From: an uncultured virus (IMG/VR IMGVR_UViG_3300024255_000005)
Lineage: Duplodnaviria > Heunggongvirae > Uroviricota > Caudoviricetes
IMG/VR virus record: IMGVR_UViG_3300024255_000005
Length of the DNA: 64,000 nt
Reading direction: 5' to 3' (one strand)
Shown here: positions 59,177-64,000 of the stretch, piece after piece
Position numbering within the stretch: position 1 is the first letter of the stretch
Layout: each line of letters opens with the position of its first letter
Notes under the pieces: generated by a model
Databases searched by the model: none
Told to the model about the DNA's origin: nothing
What the model saw: the letters and a program-made list of their open reading frames with translations, nothing else
Program-made: the position numbers and the translations under genes

Positions 59177-59731
59177 ATGGCTTTACCACACTATTCACAA
59201 GATCAAACTAGTAAGGCGGGTAGACAATTCGAACCAGTACAAGGAAACTTATTTGAGGTAACTATTTTACCTCCTGCTGGAGTTGCTGATGCACCGTTAT
59301 TACTTCAACATGTTAACACTGTTAGCGGGTTGGAATTATATAAAGCACCTGGAGAGGTAGCACAGAAATACAAATTCTCTTCACGTTCATACGCTGGAAT
59401 GCCAGATGATACTACACTTACAGTGGGTATTAACTTTTCGTTAAATTTAAACGAGGCAAACCAAGCTTATTTATATAAAACAATGAGACAATGGTATAAC
59501 TTAGCTTACGATCCACAAACTGGGGTAATGGGCTTAAAGAAAGACTATACCGGAACAATCGTAATCGTACAATTCAATAGAGCTGGAGATATTTACAGAA
59601 CTATAACATTAGAAGATTGCTGGATTAATTCTGGACTTCCATTCACTAACGACTTAAGTTATGAATCTCCAGAAGCTGCTGCTTTAGAAGTAACATGGAA
59701 ATGTGATACCTTTAAAGAAGTATTAGCTTAA
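59177..59731 (+). CDS. gp19: tail tube protein
   Basis: NLFEV, RSYAG, W.NL.YDP.TG, KKDY and LSYE; follows the sheath gene. Confidence 0.85.
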   Translation: MALPHYSQDQTSKAGRQFEPVQGNLFEVTILPPAGVADAPLLLQHVNTVSGLELYKAPGEVAQKYKFSSRSYAGMPDDTTLTVGINFSLNLNEANQAYLYKTMRQWYNLAYDPQTGVMGLKKDYTGTIVIVQFNRAGDIYRTITLEDCWINSGLPFTNDLSYESPEAAALEVTWKCDTFKEVLA

Positions 59732-59742
59732 TTTATTAAAAG

Positions 59743-59774
59743 TAGGACGACCTTAATTGGCTCGTCCTATTTTT
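59743..59774 (+). terminator. Rho-independent terminator after the tube gene
   Basis: TAGGACGA/TCGTCCTA stem followed by T5. Confidence 0.75.
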
Positions 59775-59808
59775 ATGAAACTAAAATATAATATAATGAT
59801 ATAATAAT

Positions 59809-60027
59809 ATGTCCAGTAAACTAACGAAGAAATTACAGGTATTACTCTCTGAAGAAGAAGTGTTTATCATAAACAGAATTATACTAAACGAGGCGATTGA
59901 AAATGGAGAGAGACCGGTTTCAGTTTCGGCGTTTATCAGAGACTTAATAAGACAAGAAATAGATAAAAAAAGCGATCTTCAAAAGAGTTGGGATCGAAAC
60001 AGAATTAAACAACTCAAATCTAAATAA
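59809..60027 (+). CDS. ribbon-helix-helix DNA-binding protein
   Basis: KKLQVLLSEEE (strand then helix) ... SVSAFIRDLI (second helix). Confidence 0.65.
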   Translation: MSSKLTKKLQVLLSEEEVFIINRIILNEAIENGERPVSVSAFIRDLIRQEIDKKSDLQKSWDRNRIKQLKSK

Positions 60028-60033
60028 TAAAAC

Positions 60034-60996
60034 ATGAGCGAAGACAAAAACAACCCAGTTGACCTTGACCAGCAATATAAAGCTATGATAGAGGATAACG
60101 AAAACAATGCACCTGTAGAAGCTGAAGAACCAGTTGATCTAGGAAAGGTGGACATGAATAAGTTTAAACCACAGGAAGCTAAGGAAGCAGATTTCCATTT
60201 AGGATATCATAGTGTTTCTCATGCTGAACTTCCTTCAGGTGGAATGTTCTATAATGAAAAATCAGAAATTTCTATTAGAGCTGCAAAGGTTTCAGAAATT
60301 AGACACTTTTCTACAGTAGACGAGAATAATGTACTAGATATTGATGAAAAATTAAATAACATAATTGAATCATGTGTAAGAATTACATCCGGATCTAAAA
60401 GAATGTCGTATAGAGATATTTTAGAGGAAGATAGATTCTATTTAGTTTTAGCTATTAGAGATCTTACTTTCCCAGAACCTGAAAGTCAATTGACAGTTCC
60501 TTATCAAGATAAAAAAGGAGGAAGACACACTGTTGAAGTAAGTAAGAAATATTTTCAATATTTTAAAATACCAGCAGAATTAGATAAGTATTATGATCAG
60601 GAATCTAAGAGTTTTAAAATTGAAACAAAATCCTTTGGTATAATTGAAATGACTCCACCTAGTATCGGGGTTATGCAAAAAATGACTAAACATATTAAAG
60701 ATAAGCAGGAAAAAGGAGAAATAGCAGATCAATCTATTCTACAAATAATTCCTTATATCGTAAATGATTGGAGACAATATACTGATAAGACTATCTTTAA
60801 TTTTGAAATGGAAGTTAATGGTTGGTCAAATAAGAAATATAGTTTAGTATACAAATTAGCAGAAAAATTAAAAGTCGGAATCCAGCCTGAGATGTTGGTA
60901 CCGCACGAGGATGACGAGGTCCTCGTTCCGATTGGGTTTCGTGACGGAATCAAATCTTTATTCATTGTTCAAGATCTCTCTGGAGAACTTCTTTAA
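60034..60996 (+). CDS. baseplate hub / tail assembly chaperone (gp26-like)
   Basis: ELPSGG.FY, IRAAKVSE, DRFYL..IR and GIKSLF end; lies between tube and tape measure. Confidence 0.65.
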   Translation: MSEDKNNPVDLDQQYKAMIEDNENNAPVEAEEPVDLGKVDMNKFKPQEAKEADFHLGYHSVSHAELPSGGMFYNEKSEISIRAAKVSEIRHFSTVDENNVLDIDEKLNNIIESCVRITSGSKRMSYRDILEEDRFYLVLAIRDLTFPEPESQLTVPYQDKKGGRHTVEVSKKYFQYFKIPAELDKYYDQESKSFKIETKSFGIIEMTPPSIGVMQKMTKHIKDKQEKGEIADQSILQIIPYIVNDWRQYTDKTIFNFEMEVNGWSNKKYSLVYKLAEKLKVGIQPEMLVPHEDDEVLVPIGFRDGIKSLFIVQDLSGELL

Positions 60997-61213
60997 AACG
61001 AAGTTTCATATCTATAGAGTCTTACATGTACAACCTTCCGAATTGGAAAACATGGATTATTATGAATTTTACTATCTCGTAAAAGATCTAACTGATCATT
61101 TACAGAAAGAAAATGAAGCTAATAAGGGACAACAAGAACAAAGTGAACAGATGCAACAGAATATGAAAATTCCAAAAATGAATATTCCAAAAATATCAGT
61201 TCCTAAATTATAA
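60965..61213 (+). CDS. gp51-like hub assembly protein (start uncertain, possibly a frameshift extension)
   Basis: LENFFKTKF..H.QPSELENMDYYE matches the gp51-type pattern; overlaps the upstream gene in the +1 frame. Confidence 0.55.
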   Translation: MFKISLENFFKTKFHIYRVLHVQPSELENMDYYEFYYLVKDLTDHLQKENEANKGQQEQSEQMQQNMKIPKMNIPKISVPKL

Positions 61214-61220
61214 TAAACTT

Positions 61221-61256
61221 TAAAGGAATAATGGGAACTGTCCCGTTATTCCTTTA
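61221..61256. other. 16-bp stem-loop without a U-tail
   Basis: TAAAGGAATAATGGGA-ACTG-TCCCGTTATTCCTTTA. Confidence 0.7.
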
Positions 61257-61295
61257 ATATATAGACTATAAACTAAATAAAATTATAAGATTAGT

Positions 61296-61526
61296 ATGAA
61301 ACGTGTAAAAACATATGAAGACATTATTTCCGAAAAACAAGAACTTAGTACCTCATTAATTTTAGAGAATAAATTTAAGAAATTTATGAGTTCGCTTGGT
61401 CGCCATGCCGTTTCTGCAATAATAAGTTATTTTCATGAAAATCCAGATGCCTTAAAGGAAGTTCTAGGTTCTATGAAATCATCAAAAGATCAAGGTGTAC
61501 AAGGCGCCCTAAAAGAGATCAGATAA
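61296..61526 (+). CDS. small protein with capsid-targeting-like N-terminus
   Basis: MKRVKTYEDIISE...LILE|N; late promoter at 61256. Confidence 0.65.
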   Translation: MKRVKTYEDIISEKQELSTSLILENKFKKFMSSLGRHAVSAIISYFHENPDALKEVLGSMKSSKDQGVQGALKEIR

Positions 61527-61540
61527 ATTTAGTTTAATCA

Positions 61541-64000
61541 ATGGCCAATAACGCAAAGGACAACATACTGTTATCTCCTTTACAGAGGATAGCTAAGGCA
61601 AGTGAAAATACAGACAATAAAATGTCTGCTGTCGCGTTAGGCGTAGATGTTCTAATCAAGGGTAGCGATAATGTTAAAAGTATCTTAGAAAGACAAACTG
61701 ATGTATTATTAGATATTAAGACTGCAATTACAGATTTACATAATGATATTAAGGGAGGCAAGGCAGCTGGTAAAGCAGGAGGAGAAAAAGGAGGCTTTGG
61801 CCTTGGAGGTGCTGCTAAGCTAGGAATTATGGTAGTGTTAGCCGCTGGTGCTGTTACACTCGCTTCTTTTATTATGCAAGGAATTGCTCCAGTTTCGGTT
61901 GCTCAGTTAGCAACAGCCATTCTTATATCACTTGCATTAATTCCATTGGTTAAAGCAATGGTAGAAATGTTAATGTTACTTTCACCCGTCAGAGGGTTGG
62001 GTTTCATGGCAGGTAAATTTGCGATATCTAAATTTGGAGGAGCAGCTGGTAAAAGTGCACTAGGTCCAGGTGGAGATGAAATGTCTAAAAATGGAGCGAT
62101 GAAAATGGCATTTATGGTTGTATTAGGTGCAGCTGTATTAATAACTGTTTCAAGTTATATTTTATCAGTAGTAAAACCCGTTGAATTAAAGAAATTAATA
62201 TCAGCCGCTGTAATAGGATTTGCACTACAACCTATGGCAATGGCATTTTTAGGTGTCGTAATGGCATTAAAGAAGGGCGGAATAGGAATGGATAAAAATG
62301 GAGCAAAAACAATAGCAATGTCGATGTTAGTTATGGTAGCAATTACACTTGCAATAGCAGGTGTCGCAGGAGCCATGGCCATGATGCCAGCAACCTTTAT
62401 CGAAGGACCTCCATTAGATTGGATTTTTATGACAGGGTTAATGCTTTTTGTTTTTTCAATTCCACTTTCTATAATATTAAGATCGGTCAAAGGATTAAAT
62501 CTTAAACAAATGATATTTGCTTCACTTGCAATACCATTAATAGCTTTAGCAATTGCTGGAGTTTCTTACGCAATGGAAGGATTAAGCGGTAATTATGTGG
62601 CTCCACCTGCATCATGGACTCTAAAGGCAGGTTTTGCTCTTTTCGTATTTTCTATTCCATTAGTGATGGTATTAAGAAGTATTAAAGGAAAAACATTAAA
62701 GGAGATACTTTATGCATCTTTAGCCGTCCCTTTACTTGCGGGTACTATTGTTGCTGTAGCTTTAATGTTTACTTTTTTAGAAAAAGTAAAGGCATATAAT
62801 GCACCCCCAGCAAAATGGACTTTAAAGGTAGGTTTGGCTATGGCAGTGTTTGGTATAGCATTTTATTTTATTTCTAAAGCAACTCGATCAATGGGTATAA
62901 AGGAAATTGCACTTGCAGCATTAGCCATGGGATTCATAGCTTTAGGTATATTAGCAGTCGCATTCATATTCCAATATCTACCAGATGAATTTAAAACAGT
63001 CCCGGTTGAATGGTCATTAAAAACAGGATTAGCAGTAGCTATCTTTGGTCTTGGGTTTATGATAGTAGTTAAACTGATGAAAACATTTGGAGTTGGCCTT
63101 AAAGATTTGGCAATGGGACTAGTCGGCATAGTAGCGATCGGTATCGCAGTACTTGCAACTGCATGGATATTCTCAGTTTTACCAGGAAGTTTTGTACCAA
63201 TACCAATTGAATGGACTATTGGCGCTGTGTTTGCTATTTCTGCATTTGCAGTTCCACTTGGTGTCGTTGGCTTAATTGCTACATCAGGTGTAGGTGCTGC
63301 AGCATTAGGATTAGGTGCCCTTGGTATGATATTATTAGCAGGTACTATATGGGCAGTTGCTTGGATATTTAGCAAATTACCAGATTTAGGAGCAATTGGT
63401 AAAAATTTCACAAATATGTTATTAGCTCCTGTTAACGGAATGATAGATTCATTTGTTAGAATAAAAGAAGAACTTGGAATAGAAAATTTAGGAGCCCTAG
63501 GCGCTGGTTTAGTTTCAATTGCAGGTGGTTGGTTAGCATTAGTTGGTGCATTGGCTGGACAAGCAGCTGGCGATCTAGTAACTGGCGCATTGGGTGCCGG
63601 TAAAAAAGTTCTTGATTTTGTGTCATTCGGATTGACTGCAACAGAAGGACCGTTTGAAGTCTTAGATAAATTAATAAGCAGAAGAAAGGGTATTACTAGT
63701 TTAGGACCAGCTGTGGCTGCTGCCGGAAGAGGTTTTGCAGAATTATCTAAATATCAAAGCAAAGGAGTTAAAGCTCTTAATGCACTATTACCATTCTCTA
63801 ACGAATGGAGAGTAAAATACTTAAGAAGTTCGGCAACACATGTTGGAACGCTTGCTAAAAATTATGGCCTATTGGCAAAACAATCCAATAAGATGAATGT
63901 TGGTGCAATCAACGCAACCACAAGGATGTTCGATTCTTTACGTAAATTAGCAGAACAGGATAATAATCCAATGAAAGTCCTAGCTGATGATCTGTTAAAA
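61541..64000 (+). CDS. tape measure protein (runs off the 3' end; absent from the ORF track)
   Basis: Open frame from ATG 61541 (MANNAKDNILLSPLQRIA...), Ala/Gly-rich and very hydrophobic, with ~66 aa PPxxW repeats; follows the tail chaperone genes. Confidence 0.8.
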   Translation, partial: MANNAKDNILLSPLQRIAKASENTDNKMSAVALGVDVLIKGSDNVKSILERQTDVLLDIKTAITDLHNDIKGGKAAGKAGGEKGGFGLGGAAKLGIMVVLAAGAVTLASFIMQGIAPVSVAQLATAILISLALIPLVKAMVEMLMLLSPVRGLGFMAGKFAISKFGGAAGKSALGPGGDEMSKNGAMKMAFMVVLGAAVLITVSSYILSVVKPVELKKLISAAVIGFALQPMAMAFLGVVMALKKGGIGMDKNGAKTIAMSMLVMVAITLAIAGVAGAMAMMPATFIEGPPLDWIFMTGLMLFVFSIPLSIILRSVKGLNLKQMIFASLAIPLIALAIAGVSYAMEGLSGNYVAPPASWTLKAGFALFVFSIPLVMVLRSIKGKTLKEILYASLAVPLLAGTIVAVALMFTFLEKVKAYNAPPAKWTLKVGLAMAVFGIAFYFISKATRSMGIKEIALAALAMGFIALGILAVAFIFQYLPDEFKTVPVEWSLKTGLAVAIFGLGFMIVVKLMKTFGVGLKDLAMGLVGIVAIGIAVLATAWIFSVLPGSFVPIPIEWTIGAVFAISAFAVPLGVVGLIATSGVGAAALGLGALGMILLAGTIWAVAWIFSKLPDLGAIGKNFTNMLLAPVNGMIDSFVRIKEELGIENLGALGAGLVSIAGGWLALVGALAGQAAGDLVTGALGAGKKVLDFVSFGLTATEGPFEVLDKLISRRKGITSLGPAVAAAGRGFAELSKYQSKGVKALNALLPFSNEWRVKYLRSSATHVGTLAKNYGLLAKQSNKMNVGAINATTRMFDSLRKLAEQDNNPMKVLADDLLK

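Noticed and set aside
446..63641. Many short minus-strand and alternate-frame ORFs in the track (e.g. 10738-11337, 47421-47873, 62863-63411)
   Set aside because: They are shadows of long + strand genes, with antisense-type Ser/Phe/Leu composition and no promoters or motifs.
1..64000. Stop-codon reassignment as in some Bacteroidota phages
   Set aside because: Code 11 gives dense full-length genes, and TAA, TAG and TGA all end conserved genes at the expected positions.

Overview
This AT-rich window is 64 kb from the core of a large T4-like myovirus genome. Nearly all genes are on the + strand, standard code 11 gives intact ORFs, and I saw no tRNA, CRISPR array or mobile element. The host is probably Bacteroidota: genes lack Shine-Dalgarno sites, leaders are A-rich, and TATATTAG promoters resemble the TAnnTTTG element. 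Contents in order: primase, UvsY and UvsW; a ~14 kb block (3080-16804) of probable capsid-internal proteins; a metabolic and DNA-modification cluster (mgsA, TagD-like cytidylyltransferase, rfbB, nuclease, DUF6378-like protein, T4 alpha-glucosyltransferase homologue, dCTPase); a family B DNA polymerase split into two genes with nrdB, nrdA and the sliding clamp between them; UvsX, gp41, gp33-like, gp47/46; head genes (gp55, gp4, gp2, portal, protease-scaffold fusion, capsid); clamp loader, RNase H, neck, terminase, sheath, tube, tail-assembly genes and the start of a tape measure gene. The most striking observation is a set of apparent polyproteins with a T4-like capsid-targeting sequence. Together they hold ~25 unrelated small modules joined by a repeated E-S-[VL]-[VM]-[NT]-E|A linker that is also conserved as a 20-bp DNA repeat. 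This looks like a shuffleable, protease-released payload injected with the DNA. Three phage promoter classes can also be read directly from the sequence. All family assignments are from motif recognition by eye, with no database search.
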